Origin: an uncultured bacterium | GTDB taxonomy: Bacteria > Planctomycetota > Phycisphaerae > Phycisphaerales > SM1A02 | Length of the DNA: 64,000 nt | Assembly: GCA_903919715.1 (NCBI GenBank) | Contig: CAIXJC010000075.1 | Coordinates: 34,363 to 98,362, forward strand | Reading direction: 5' to 3' | Part shown: positions 7,803 to 16,801 of the stretch, piece by piece | Position numbering within the stretch: the stretch's first letter is position 1 | Layout: the number at the start of each line of letters is the position of its first letter | Translations under genes and position numbers: made by a program | The notes under the pieces: model-generated | Databases searched by the model: none | Seen by the model: the letters and a program-made list of their open reading frames with translations, nothing else | Told to the model about the DNA's origin: nothing

Positions 7803-8939
7803 TCACCCGAGCTTCTTATGTCGATAGAACTTGAGCATTCGCCGTAGTCCGCCGCGAACGATGCCACGCGGGCGGACATTGACGCCATCACGCGCTGTGA
7901 ACAAGTCGATTCGTGGCACTGGCGTAGTCCACCTTTGCCAGAGATTGATGAAGGCAAGGCTCCTCCCTTTGCCAATTTGAATTGTGAACGCACTTGTTGG
8001 ACCAAGAAGAGTCACTGAATATCCAGGCCTTTTCCCTGGCCACTCTTCCCGGATGACGAGTACGGAATCTTCGACGGTCCAGAGGCGGCCATCGGGATGA
8101 TCGACCCACCCAGGTCCAGCGCGAACAATTCCGCGCGTTGTCTTGAGCAGTGCAAATCTTTCGCCGAGCAATGAGACGATCCAGAAAATCGCGACGAGAA
8201 CAAACGGGATCCAGATCAAAAATATGATGAGGTTGAAGACTCCCAGCCAACCAAGTGGCGCACCTGTGGCAAGAGTTGTGATCCCTCTGATGGGATAATT
8301 ACCAAGTAAGTAGAAAGGCATACCTATCGAGAACAACTCCACCCAATTGAATGTGTTGCCGATTTCTTCCGGCTCGAGCAGGCCTGGGGGCGCTACGTTC
8401 GCTATCAACTTCGCAGTGATCGACGATGGAACGAATGCGATTCGACCAGGAAAATTCGTCCGCAGATTCTCCGCCGCATCTTTGGGGAAAGTCTCCATCG
8501 GTTTCAAGAGCCACCTGCTTGCTGGCTCAAAGTTCTTTCGAAGCATCGCGTTTTGTGGTGCCTCGCTTTCGAGTTTCGAATCTTTCTCTCGCTGCCTATC
8601 TGCTGCGCGTCTTCGAAGGGCTTTCATCCAAAGGATCGCTCCAAGTGCAGCTCCAATCACGATCGCACCAAACCAAAGCATCGGTCCAACGAGGTTGGTT
8701 CCAATGGTCGGATTTTTCACTGACATGAGAACAACGACAAGCCCGATTGGTGTCCCCAAGATCACAACGGCAACGGGCCAAAGATATGCGATCGTCCCCC
8801 TCTGCAAAAACCTTGGGGGAAGGTCGATCACCGCAATGGTTGCCGGAAGTTCGTTCAATGAGCGTTCAATGAGGTAGCGGAAATGCCTGACAGAATCCGC
8901 GGATTTCTTCGCGGACCTTTGCGCATGTCGCTGTGTCAC
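7803..8939 (-). CDS. hypothetical polytopic membrane protein, paralog B
   Basis: 378 aa with the same architecture as paralog A. C-terminal module ERFALLKTTRGIVRAGPGWVDH...WTVEDSVLVIRE...FINLWQRWTTPVPRIDL. The annotated start overlaps the glyA 3' end by 74 nt, so the true start may lie downstream (for example TTG near 8858). Confidence 0.7.
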   Translation of the reverse strand: MTQRHAQRSAKKSADSVRHFRYLIERSLNELPATIAVIDLPPRFLQRGTIAYLWPVAVVILGTPIGLVVVLMSVKNPTIGTNLVGPMLWFGAIVIGAALGAILWMKALRRRAADRQREKDSKLESEAPQNAMLRKNFEPASRWLLKPMETFPKDAAENLRTNFPGRIAFVPSSITAKLIANVAPPGLLEPEEIGNTFNWVELFSIGMPFYLLGNYPIRGITTLATGAPLGWLGVFNLIIFLIWIPFVLVAIFWIVSLLGERFALLKTTRGIVRAGPGWVDHPDGRLWTVEDSVLVIREEWPGKRPGYSVTLLGPTSAFTIQIGKGRSLAFINLWQRWTTPVPRIDLFTARDGVNVRPRGIVRGGLRRMLKFYRHKKLG

Positions 8940-10125
8940 CTTTCGATCCCATCACACGGTCGAGCCATTCGCCCACGCGCTTCATGTCACCTTCGCCAAG
9001 TCCGCGCGTCGTGAGCGCTGGAGTTCCAAGCCGCAACCCGCTCGTCAAGACGGGCGAACGTGGATCATTTGGAATTCCATTCTTGTTGCAAATGATGCCA
9101 GCCGTCTCGAGCCACTTCTCTGCATCAGCTCCGGTCAGTTCTGCATCGCGCGGGCGAAGATCAACAAGCATCAGGTGATTATCCGTCCCACCCGAGCACA
9201 ATCGATATCCACGGCTTTGCAAATCCGCGGCGAGTGCCTGCGCATTCTTTACAACCTGCTGGCAATATGTCTTGAACGATGGCTGTAATGCTTCGCCGAA
9301 AGCGAGTGCTTTGGCCGCAATAATGTGCATCAGCGGACCGCCTTGCACTCCAGGGAAAACCTTGCGATCAATCTTTGTTGCGATGTCTGCATCATTGGTC
9401 ATGATCAGTCCGCCACGTGGACCGCGCAGCGTCTTGTGAGTCGTGGTCGTGACGAGCTGCGCATGAGGAAACGGAGAAGGATGAACGCCAGTTGCGCAGA
9501 GTCCCGCAATGTGCGCGATGTCCGCCATCAAGAGCGCGCCAACTTTGTCGGCAATCGCACGAAAGCGCGCGAAGTCGATGACACGCGAATAAGCGGAATA
9601 TCCGCAAATGATCAACTTTGGTTTGTGCTCGAGAGCAAGCCGCTCGATCTCGTCATAGTCCAACATTTCAGACTTTGGATCGAGTCCATAGTCAACGATT
9701 TGATAAAAAGTTCCGCTGAAGTTGACCTTCAAACCGTGGCTGAGATGACCGCCCGACTTGATCGGCAGACTGAGAACAGTGTCGCCAGGATTCAGGACTG
9801 CCATAAACGCAGCGATATTGGCATTTGCTCCGCAGTGCGGTTGCACATTGGCGAAGTTGCAACCAAAGAGTTTCTTTGCGCGATCTCGTGCGAGATTTTC
9901 GATTTGATCGTGAAACTCGCAGCCGCCGTAATAGCGCTTGCCGGGATATCCCTCGGCGTATTTGTTGGTCATCCACGATCCCGCCGCATGCATCACCGCA
10001 TTGCTGACATGATTTTCGCTGGCTATCAGTTCGAGAGTTGTCTCTTGGCGGTCACGCTCGCTGGCAAGAATGCGCGCGACATCTGGATCTGCTTGCTGGA
10101 GGAGTTTGAGCAAATCATCCGACAT
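8866..10125 (-). CDS. glyA: serine hydroxymethyltransferase
   Basis: LELIASENHVSNAVMHAAGSWMTNKYAEGYPGKRYYGGCEF...TTTTHKTLRGPRGG (PLP-lysine region). I take the start at MSDDLLKLL (10125). The track ORF extends to 10200. Confidence 0.95.
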   Translation of the reverse strand: MSDDLLKLLQQADPDVARILASERDRQETTLELIASENHVSNAVMHAAGSWMTNKYAEGYPGKRYYGGCEFHDQIENLARDRAKKLFGCNFANVQPHCGANANIAAFMAVLNPGDTVLSLPIKSGGHLSHGLKVNFSGTFYQIVDYGLDPKSEMLDYDEIERLALEHKPKLIICGYSAYSRVIDFARFRAIADKVGALLMADIAHIAGLCATGVHPSPFPHAQLVTTTTHKTLRGPRGGLIMTNDADIATKIDRKVFPGVQGGPLMHIIAAKALAFGEALQPSFKTYCQQVVKNAQALAADLQSRGYRLCSGGTDNHLMLVDLRPRDAELTGADAEKWLETAGIICNKNGIPNDPRSPVLTSGLRLGTPALTTRGLGEGDMKRVGEWLDRVMGSKGDTATCAKVREEIRGFCQAFPLPH

Positions 10126-10155
10126 GTTGGTGGCGCTGCGAACTGACTCTTTGGA

Positions 10156-10782
10156 TTGTGCGGGTGCTGTTGGCATCCGCACAATGTACCCCTTGCCCAT
10201 CGATGTATTGTTCCGATATTGGAACAGCTCTCACTTCTTATCGCAGACGCCGCTCTGGTGGTTGAATGGCACGACGTGCGACCTGTGGCTCGATGGGTAC
10301 CGCATGCGCCACGCCAGAAGAGCTCGCCGCCGACTGCACTCTGGGCCAAAGATTTCTTAACACTCGTTCGAACATGGGAACGCGCGGAAAAACTGAATCG
10401 CAAGCAAATCGAAGCGTGGCTCCCGAACACCCCCCCATTTCTCGCAGCCTGTTGGCGGGCTGCCTTGGCGATTCCTCGAGGAGAAACACGAACCTATGCC
10501 TGGCTTGCGCACGCAGCAGGGCGACCGACAGCACATCGAGCTGCGGCCCAAGCGATGGCGCGCAACCCGCTTCCCCTTCTGGTGCCGTGCCACCGAGTCG
10601 TTGGGATGAATGACGCGGGTGGATTTTGTGGATTCAAACACTCCACGCTCGACACTCAAGCAACCCACTGGGCTGCGCGACTGAAAGCACGACTGCTCGA
10701 GGTGGAATCAAAGTCCAATTATGTTTCCTACACTCCTGCCCCTCAAGGAAGGGCTTCAGCAATCTCAAGGAAAAAACTATGA
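10156..10782 (+). CDS. ogt: methylated-DNA--protein-cysteine methyltransferase
   Basis: C-terminal domain IPRGETRTYAWLAHAAGRPTAHRAAAQAMARNPLPLLVPCHRVVG carries the PCHRV active-site motif. The stop overlaps the ugd ATG (ATGA at 10779-10782). The start is uncertain. Confidence 0.8.
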   Translation: MCGCCWHPHNVPLAHRCIVPILEQLSLLIADAALVVEWHDVRPVARWVPHAPRQKSSPPTALWAKDFLTLVRTWERAEKLNRKQIEAWLPNTPPFLAACWRAALAIPRGETRTYAWLAHAAGRPTAHRAAAQAMARNPLPLLVPCHRVVGMNDAGGFCGFKHSTLDTQATHWAARLKARLLEVESKSNYVSYTPAPQGRASAISRKKL

Positions 10783-12110
10783 ACATCACGATGGTTGGAA
10801 CTGGATACGTCGGACTGGTCACAGGCGCGTGCTTTGCTGACATGGGAAACCATGTGACATGCTTGGACATCGATGAAACAAAGATCGCGACTCTGCGCAA
10901 AGGCGAAAGCCCGATCTACGAGCCGGGACTGACCGAAATGATTCAGCGCAATGCCCATGCTGGTCGGTTGGCTTTTACAACAGATCGCCAGACTGCCTAC
11001 AGCAATGCGGCCATCATCTTTATCTGCGTCGGCACACCGAGTCGCGATGACGGAAGTGCGGACTTGAAATATGTACTCAGGGTTGCCGATGACATCGCCG
11101 TTGAATTGGAACGACTTGGTCCCAAGGCGCCGTTGAAGACCATCGTCGTCAAGAGCACCGTCCCAGTTGGAACCAGCCATAAGGTGCGAGATGCCATTCG
11201 CGCTCAGACCAAAGTGCCATTCCAAATCGCTGACAACCCAGAGTTTCTGAAGGAAGGCGATGCGATTATGGATTTCATGAAACCCGACCGCGTCGTCTGC
11301 GGTGTCGACAATCCCCAAACTGGGGAAGTCATGCGGACGCTTTACGACCCATTTGTGCGGCAGGGAAACCCGATTTTCATCTTGGACGTCCGGAGCGCTG
11401 AGATGGTCAAGTACGCCAGCAATGCCATGCTGGCCTGCAAGATCTCCTTCATCAACGAAATCGCCAACCTCTGTGAGCGCTATGGCGCCGACATCAGCGC
11501 GGTTCGGGAAGGCATGTGCGCCGACAAGCGCATCGGGAATCAATTCCTCCACCCTGGGCTTGGATACGGTGGCTCCTGCTTTCCAAAGGACACCCAAGCC
11601 GTTGTGTCGATGGGCCGCGAGATCGGCTTCGACTGCAAACTCAACGCCGCCGTACACGAGGTGAATCAGGACCAGCGTGGCCACTTTTGGACAAAAATCG
11701 AGACAGAACTTGGCAAGGACTTGAGCGGTAAATCACTGGTTTTTTGGGGGGTTGCGTTCAAACCTAAGACCGACGACATCCGCGAAGCACCAAGCATTGC
11801 CTTGATGGAAAAAGCCTTGGCGGCTGGTGCCAAGGTGCGTGCATACGACCCCGTTGCGTTGGAACATTTGGCTCACGAGATGCCTTCGGTCGAGCGATCG
11901 ACGGACCTTTACTCAGCGCTCGACGGAGCGGACGCCCTGATCATCTGCACCGAATGGGCTGAATTTAGGGCTCCAGACTTCACCGAAATTCGTCGCCGAC
12001 TGGTCAAGCCAATCATCTTCGACGGTCGAAATCTCTATCGCTTGTCGCAAATGGTTGATGCGGGATTCACCTATGCATCAGTTGGACGCGCCACTGTTCG
12101 ACCACACTGA
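10779..12110 (+). CDS. ugd: UDP-glucose 6-dehydrogenase
   Basis: MNITMVGTGYVGLVTGACFADMGNHVTCLDID Rossmann N-terminus and the catalytic region GLGYGGSCFPKD. Confidence 0.95.
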   Translation: MNITMVGTGYVGLVTGACFADMGNHVTCLDIDETKIATLRKGESPIYEPGLTEMIQRNAHAGRLAFTTDRQTAYSNAAIIFICVGTPSRDDGSADLKYVLRVADDIAVELERLGPKAPLKTIVVKSTVPVGTSHKVRDAIRAQTKVPFQIADNPEFLKEGDAIMDFMKPDRVVCGVDNPQTGEVMRTLYDPFVRQGNPIFILDVRSAEMVKYASNAMLACKISFINEIANLCERYGADISAVREGMCADKRIGNQFLHPGLGYGGSCFPKDTQAVVSMGREIGFDCKLNAAVHEVNQDQRGHFWTKIETELGKDLSGKSLVFWGVAFKPKTDDIREAPSIALMEKALAAGAKVRAYDPVALEHLAHEMPSVERSTDLYSALDGADALIICTEWAEFRAPDFTEIRRRLVKPIIFDGRNLYRLSQMVDAGFTYASVGRATVRPH

Positions 12111-12165
12111 CAATTTGGCATAGTCAAAATTGTCGTAAAAAATAGCAATTTTTTGTCCTTTGGGC

Positions 12166-12195
12166 TTGCGAATGATGCCGCATTCCCCGTACATT
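12166..12195 (+). promoter_or_regulatory. possible promoter TTGCGA-N18-TACATT for the HU-like gene
   Basis: Hexamers at 12166-12171 and 12190-12195, about 80 nt upstream of the ATG. Confidence 0.3.
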
Positions 12196-12273
12196 TCGCC
12201 TGCCGCATAACTAGTGCGGATGGGAGCGAGACCATTTTCTCGGCAAGATTGTCAATAGAAAGGACATCTCAAG

Positions 12274-12675
12274 ATGGCAACAATGACCAAGAAGTCGGCA
12301 GCAAAGAAGTCGACAAAGTCCGCAAAAACAGCAAAGGTTGTGAAGAAGGCTTACAAGCCAACACCAACAACCAAGGCTCGTACCCGCAGCCAAATCATCG
12401 CTGAACTCGCAACCGCTTCTGACATCAAGAAGACGGTCGTGAAGGAAGTGTTCGAAAATCTCGGCGCGATGATCGGTTGCGATCTCGGCGGTCGTGGTCC
12501 AGGCGTATTCAGTTTCATGGGTCTCATGAAGATGAAGACTGTCAAGAAGCCAGCGACCAAGTCACGCGAAGGCGTCAACCCATTCACTGGTCTTTCGCAG
12601 ATTTTCAAGGCGAAGCCAGCAAGTAAGAAGGTTCGCGTTCGTCCAACGAAGACTCTCAACTCGCTCGTCAGCTGA
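12274..12675 (+). CDS. HU/IHF-family DNA-binding protein with a Lys/Ala-rich N-terminal tail
   Basis: C-terminal roughly 90 aa has the HU fold signature (RSQIIAELA...VFSFMGLMKMKTVKKPATKSREGVNPFTGLSQIFKAKPASKKVRVRPTKTL). The N-terminal 35 aa are KKSAAKKSTKSAKTAKVVKKAYKP (histone H1-like). Confidence 0.85.
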   Translation: MATMTKKSAAKKSTKSAKTAKVVKKAYKPTPTTKARTRSQIIAELATASDIKKTVVKEVFENLGAMIGCDLGGRGPGVFSFMGLMKMKTVKKPATKSREGVNPFTGLSQIFKAKPASKKVRVRPTKTLNSLVS

Positions 12676-12736
12676 ATCATCTGACATGCATGGCATGCAA
12701 TCGCATGCCACGTGTGTTTGAAAAATGATTTGATCA

Positions 12737-12769
12737 CGCGACCCCGTTTCGGCGGGGTCGCGTTCTTTT
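12737..12769 (+). terminator. intrinsic terminator after the HU-like gene
   Basis: 9-bp stem gcgaccccg/cggggtcgc, then gttcttttt. An additional perfect hairpin ggcatgc-aatc-gcatgcc lies at 12696-12713. Confidence 0.7.
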
Positions 12770-12802
12770 TGATTTGCATCACACGAATTGTTTCGATGAC
12801 GT

Positions 12803-13735
12803 TTAGGAATCTGCGAGAACTTTTCGCAGGTTTCCATGCGATGTTTCTAGCGCTCGTTGCGCTTGTTCCAACGAGAGATGAAGTGCGCGCATCACGATTG
12901 CGACTTTCACTCGCCCACCCGATTCCGCAAGCAATCCCGCAGCGGAATTCCGCGTGAGCGACGGATCGAACATACAGAGTGTGCGAATTGCCCGATCGAC
13001 CAACTTATCGTTCGTCGCCGCGAGATCGACCATGAGATTTCCATGGACCTTGCCTAACTGCGTGAAGAGGATTGTCGAGATGCAATTCAGTGCGAGCTTC
13101 GTTGCAGATCCAGCCTTCAGCCGCGTTGAACCCGTGAGCAATTCAGCTCCAGTTTCGAGAACGATTAAATGATCGGAATCTGCAGGAGTTTTGAGCGGTG
13201 AACAGACTAGAAATCCCGTCAGGGCTCCACGCGCTTTCGCCAGCGAAATCGCACCAAGTGCATATGGTGTCGTCCCCCCCGCTGCAATTGCGAGCAATGC
13301 GTCATTGGATCCAAGCGAATGCGCGACAAATTCTTCAGCAATCCCGCCGAACTCATCTTCACGACGTTCACTACTTTTGCGAAGCGCTGTATCGCCACCG
13401 GCAATCAGGCCGATCACTTGTCGAGGGTCGCTACAAAACGTAGGAGGGCACTCGCTTGCATCAAGCACTCCAAGACGACCCGACGTGCCGGCGCCGCAAT
13501 AAAACAATCTGCCACCGCTGCGAATGCGAGGAACGAGTGCATCGACGAAACTGGCAATCATCGGCGCCGCACGTGCGACTGCTGCGTGAACAACAGCGTG
13601 ATCTTGCGCCATCGCTTGAACTTGCTCGAGTGTCGTCAGTAAATCAAAGTCGCCTGAGCCAGCATGCCGCTGCTCAGTCGCAACATGGCTTCGATCGGGA
13701 GGGAGTGCGGATTCGCTCATCAAAGGCTCGTGCAC
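12803..13735 (-). CDS. murQ: N-acetylmuramic acid 6-phosphate etherase
   Basis: SIS-domain protein with GRLFYCGAGTSGRLGVLDASECPPTF and a C-terminal ...LVDRAIRTL... region typical of MurQ. Confidence 0.9.
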   Translation of the reverse strand: MHEPLMSESALPPDRSHVATEQRHAGSGDFDLLTTLEQVQAMAQDHAVVHAAVARAAPMIASFVDALVPRIRSGGRLFYCGAGTSGRLGVLDASECPPTFCSDPRQVIGLIAGGDTALRKSSERREDEFGGIAEEFVAHSLGSNDALLAIAAGGTTPYALGAISLAKARGALTGFLVCSPLKTPADSDHLIVLETGAELLTGSTRLKAGSATKLALNCISTILFTQLGKVHGNLMVDLAATNDKLVDRAIRTLCMFDPSLTRNSAAGLLAESGGRVKVAIVMRALHLSLEQAQRALETSHGNLRKVLADS

Positions 13736-15883
13736 TTATGGTGTCCCAACTGCGCCATTTGGAGATGCCTTCAACTCTCGCACGAAGAATGTCCACATCG
13801 CACTCTCTTCGGATTGACCGTATCCACCGTGACCAGCCTTGGGAAAGAAAAGCATATCGAATGAAAAATCACGGTCATACAACTTCTGCGCAATCGCCCA
13901 ACCGTTCGATGGATGAACATTGTCATCTTGCATTCCATGGATCAACATAAATTTCCCAGCCAACTTGTCTGCGTGGACGAGCACGCTTCCATCGTCGTAC
14001 CCCGCTTTGTTTTCTTCCGGTGTCCGCATGAAACGTTCGGTATATATCGAGTCATACTGCCGCCAATCCATCGGACCAGATCGCGCAACAGCAGCCTTGA
14101 AAACATCGGGGTATCGCACCAACGCAAGTGCAGACATATATCCACCATACGACATCCCCGTGATTCCGACGCGCGATCCGTCAATTCCAGGGCGAGTCGC
14201 AATTTGCCGAACGGCTGCCGCTTGATCGTCCATGTCTGGGCCACCGAGCTTGAGATACGTCGCGTCCTCGAATTCCTTGCCACGTCCAGGCGTGCCGCGA
14301 TTGTCGATTCGCAAGATGACGAATCCAAGTTCGCATTCAGCTCGCGGGGCAGAAAAACGATTGAAGATGTTTTCAAAGTACGGCCCGCCGTACACATCGA
14401 CGATCAGGGGCCATGATTTCTCTGGATCAAAAGTGCTTGGAAAGTGCAGCGTCCCGTAGATATCCGTCACGCCGTCGGCGGCTTTCAGCTTGACCAGTTC
14501 GGGGGGCGGAAGCTTGCGAGACGACCAGACATCCTCGGGAGATTGCGCGAGCGCCGCGATGACCTTGCCGTCTGATCCATAGAGTTTCGTCGCCGGCGGG
14601 CGAGAGATCGTCTCGTCACTGGCGACGAAGAATTTGCCGTCGGGCGAAATTCGAAATCGGGCGTATGTCACATCATCAGGGGTAAGCCTGCGCTGCTCTG
14701 TTCCGTCGAGATGGACACTCATCAACTGGGGGTTGATTTGCGTTTGTGCTGGGAATGCGGAATAAAAGAGCAGGCCAGCATCTTCGTTGACCTCGACAAT
14801 TCGGCCTGCAGGAAATGATCCCGTTGTGAGCGCGACGACCGTTGGCGAGTCGAGCGATCGCAATTCGTACTGCTTGAAACCCGACCGCTCGGTTGCCCAG
14901 ATAAACCGCCGGCCATCGGCAAGGAAATCCATTTCGGGCAGATGCTGATTCCAGTGCGGCTGTTCTTCGCGGACGAGGACACGCACAACGCCACTCTTGG
15001 AATCCGCAGAGCAAAGCTCGAGCACATCATGATGGCGATTCAATCTGTGAAAAATCAACTGATCGCCGGTCGCGGAATATTCCACTCCATAGATGTATTG
15101 ATCATTCGTCCCAACATCGATTGTTCGAATGTGCGTCGATGGATCGCCCTGGGGATCGGCGCAAAACCCCTTGACATCCAGCACACACAATCCAGCGACT
15201 GGATTGGGATCGCCCGGCTTTGGATAGCGCTCCGTCTGGACTTCCGTACGCAATTTCGTCAATCCAGAAAGAAGCATGTATGCAGGAACTTTTGAGTCAT
15301 CAAATCGGTAGAACGCGCATTGCTCGCCGTTGGGACTCCACCACATTCCTGTGGTTTGATCGAGTTCTTCACCATAGACCCAACTTGCAGTGCCGTATCT
15401 CAGCGTGGCCGTTCCGTCCGTGGTGACGGCGCGTTTCGTACCTCCATCGCATTTCAAGAAGAGATTTCCATCATGCGACTCCAGGCTCATTGTCCCATCT
15501 GCAGAGAGGGCGATTGGTTGCTGTCGACCACGTGATGGCGCCATCACTGTTCGTCGAGTTGGCCGCGGACGACTCGATGCTGGTGCAGTGCCATCACCTT
15601 CGATTGCTGGAGTGATCGCCCCTGACTTCAAATCGACGATTGACCAACTTCCATCCTTGCGAAACCAAAGCGCACTCTTCGCCATATCCCACCGCACATC
15701 GCGAATAGCTTCGGTTGGAGCGCGGCTGAAATTTTCCACGATCGACGCGCTGCGGGTCGCTCCAGGGAGTTGATCAAATGGAATCCAATCAGCGCATGCA
15801 ATTGCGCAGAGCATGAATGTCAAAGCAAACATGCCGAGCGATCCCATCATTGAAGTGCGTCGATCGTCGGCACAGCGTGGCAT
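13736..15883 (-). CDS. S9-family serine peptidase, dipeptidyl-peptidase IV-like
   Basis: Signal peptide, beta-propeller N-terminal region, and a catalytic domain with GITGMSYGGYM (GxSxGG nucleophile elbow) plus a C-terminal D...H. The stop abuts the murQ start. Confidence 0.9.
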   Translation of the reverse strand: MPRCADDRRTSMMGSLGMFALTFMLCAIACADWIPFDQLPGATRSASIVENFSRAPTEAIRDVRWDMAKSALWFRKDGSWSIVDLKSGAITPAIEGDGTAPASSRPRPTRRTVMAPSRGRQQPIALSADGTMSLESHDGNLFLKCDGGTKRAVTTDGTATLRYGTASWVYGEELDQTTGMWWSPNGEQCAFYRFDDSKVPAYMLLSGLTKLRTEVQTERYPKPGDPNPVAGLCVLDVKGFCADPQGDPSTHIRTIDVGTNDQYIYGVEYSATGDQLIFHRLNRHHDVLELCSADSKSGVVRVLVREEQPHWNQHLPEMDFLADGRRFIWATERSGFKQYELRSLDSPTVVALTTGSFPAGRIVEVNEDAGLLFYSAFPAQTQINPQLMSVHLDGTEQRRLTPDDVTYARFRISPDGKFFVASDETISRPPATKLYGSDGKVIAALAQSPEDVWSSRKLPPPELVKLKAADGVTDIYGTLHFPSTFDPEKSWPLIVDVYGGPYFENIFNRFSAPRAECELGFVILRIDNRGTPGRGKEFEDATYLKLGGPDMDDQAAAVRQIATRPGIDGSRVGITGMSYGGYMSALALVRYPDVFKAAVARSGPMDWRQYDSIYTERFMRTPEENKAGYDDGSVLVHADKLAGKFMLIHGMQDDNVHPSNGWAIAQKLYDRDFSFDMLFFPKAGHGGYGQSEESAMWTFFVRELKASPNGAVGTP

Positions 15884-15886
15884 TCT

Positions 15887-16801
15887 TCAGCCCACACGAG
15901 CCATCTGCTGAAACTGCGCAAGTCGCTTTATTATTTCGCTCGCTTTCAGCGTGCGCATTCGATCAAGGCCAAATGACTCGAGTGCGAAACTGGCGACCAC
16001 CGTTCCATACGCCATGGCCGTTTGCAAAGACGAGAAATCACTTCGACCTTCGCGTGCGAGATATCCCATAAATCCGCCTGCGAAACTGTCGCCCGCACCA
16101 GTCGGATCGATCACCTGCGGTTCCTCGATCGGAAAGGCGGGGATGACCGACGTTCCCTCTGGATGAATCAGGATCGCGCCATGTTCGCCCTTTTTCACGA
16201 CGACAAATTTCGGACCCATATCCAGAATCTTTCGGCCAGCGCTGATCGCATTGCGGAAGCCAGTCAATTCTCCTGCCTCACTGTCATTCACGATCAATCC
16301 GTCGACTCGACGCAATAGCGCAGTTAATTCAGGATGCGCAGTGCGGATCCATAAATCCATCGTGTCAGCAACGACGACCTTTCGCTGTGGAAATTGATCG
16401 ATGAATCCGAGTTGTACAGAAGGATGCGTATTGCCGAGGAAGACGAATTCACTATCGGCATACGCCGCTGGTACGCGCGGCGGCTCTTCTTGCAGAACGC
16501 CGACTTCCGTAAAAAGTGTTTCGCGGCGATTCACATCTTCAAAGTATTTTCCGCCCCATGCGAAGGTTCTTGAATTTGCACGCGACTCCAGCCCATCCAA
16601 ACAGACTCCTGAAAAGCTCTTCAGAATCGATTGATGTTCGGTCGGCCAATCACCGCCGACGACCGCAACAAGCCGAACGGGGCAGAGTTGGCTTGCCGCT
16701 GCTGCGAAATATGCTGCGCTTCCCCCAGAAACTCCCACACGCTTTGCGCGAGGTGTCTCAACGGTGTCAATTCCGATAGTTCCTGTTACGACGAGTTTCA
16801 C
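15887..16801 (-). CDS. PfkB-family carbohydrate kinase
   Basis: DPTGAGDSFAGGFMGYLA (PfkB signature 2) and GGSAAYFA. I prefer the GTG start at 16801, which gives M-KLVVTGTIGIDTV and forms a GTGA overlap with the upstream stop. The track ORF starts at 16840. Confidence 0.85.
   Translation of the reverse strand: MKLVVTGTIGIDTVETPRAKRVGVSGGSAAYFAAAASQLCPVRLVAVVGGDWPTEHQSILKSFSGVCLDGLESRANSRTFAWGGKYFEDVNRRETLFTEVGVLQEEPPRVPAAYADSEFVFLGNTHPSVQLGFIDQFPQRKVVVADTMDLWIRTAHPELTALLRRVDGLIVNDSEAGELTGFRNAISAGRKILDMGPKFVVVKKGEHGAILIHPEGTSVIPAFPIEEPQVIDPTGAGDSFAGGFMGYLAREGRSDFSSLQTAMAYGTVVASFALESFGLDRMRTLKASEIIKRLAQFQQMARVG

Noticed and set aside
9325-10146. 273-aa + strand ORF antisense to glyA
   Set aside because: The opposite strand encodes an unmistakable serine hydroxymethyltransferase. 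The antisense ORF is Arg/Ser-rich and low in complexity, typical of shadow ORFs in GC-rich coding DNA.
10743-11684. 313-aa minus-strand ORF antisense to ugd
   Set aside because: It is a shadow ORF of a clearly identified UDP-glucose dehydrogenase gene and has no recognisable motifs.
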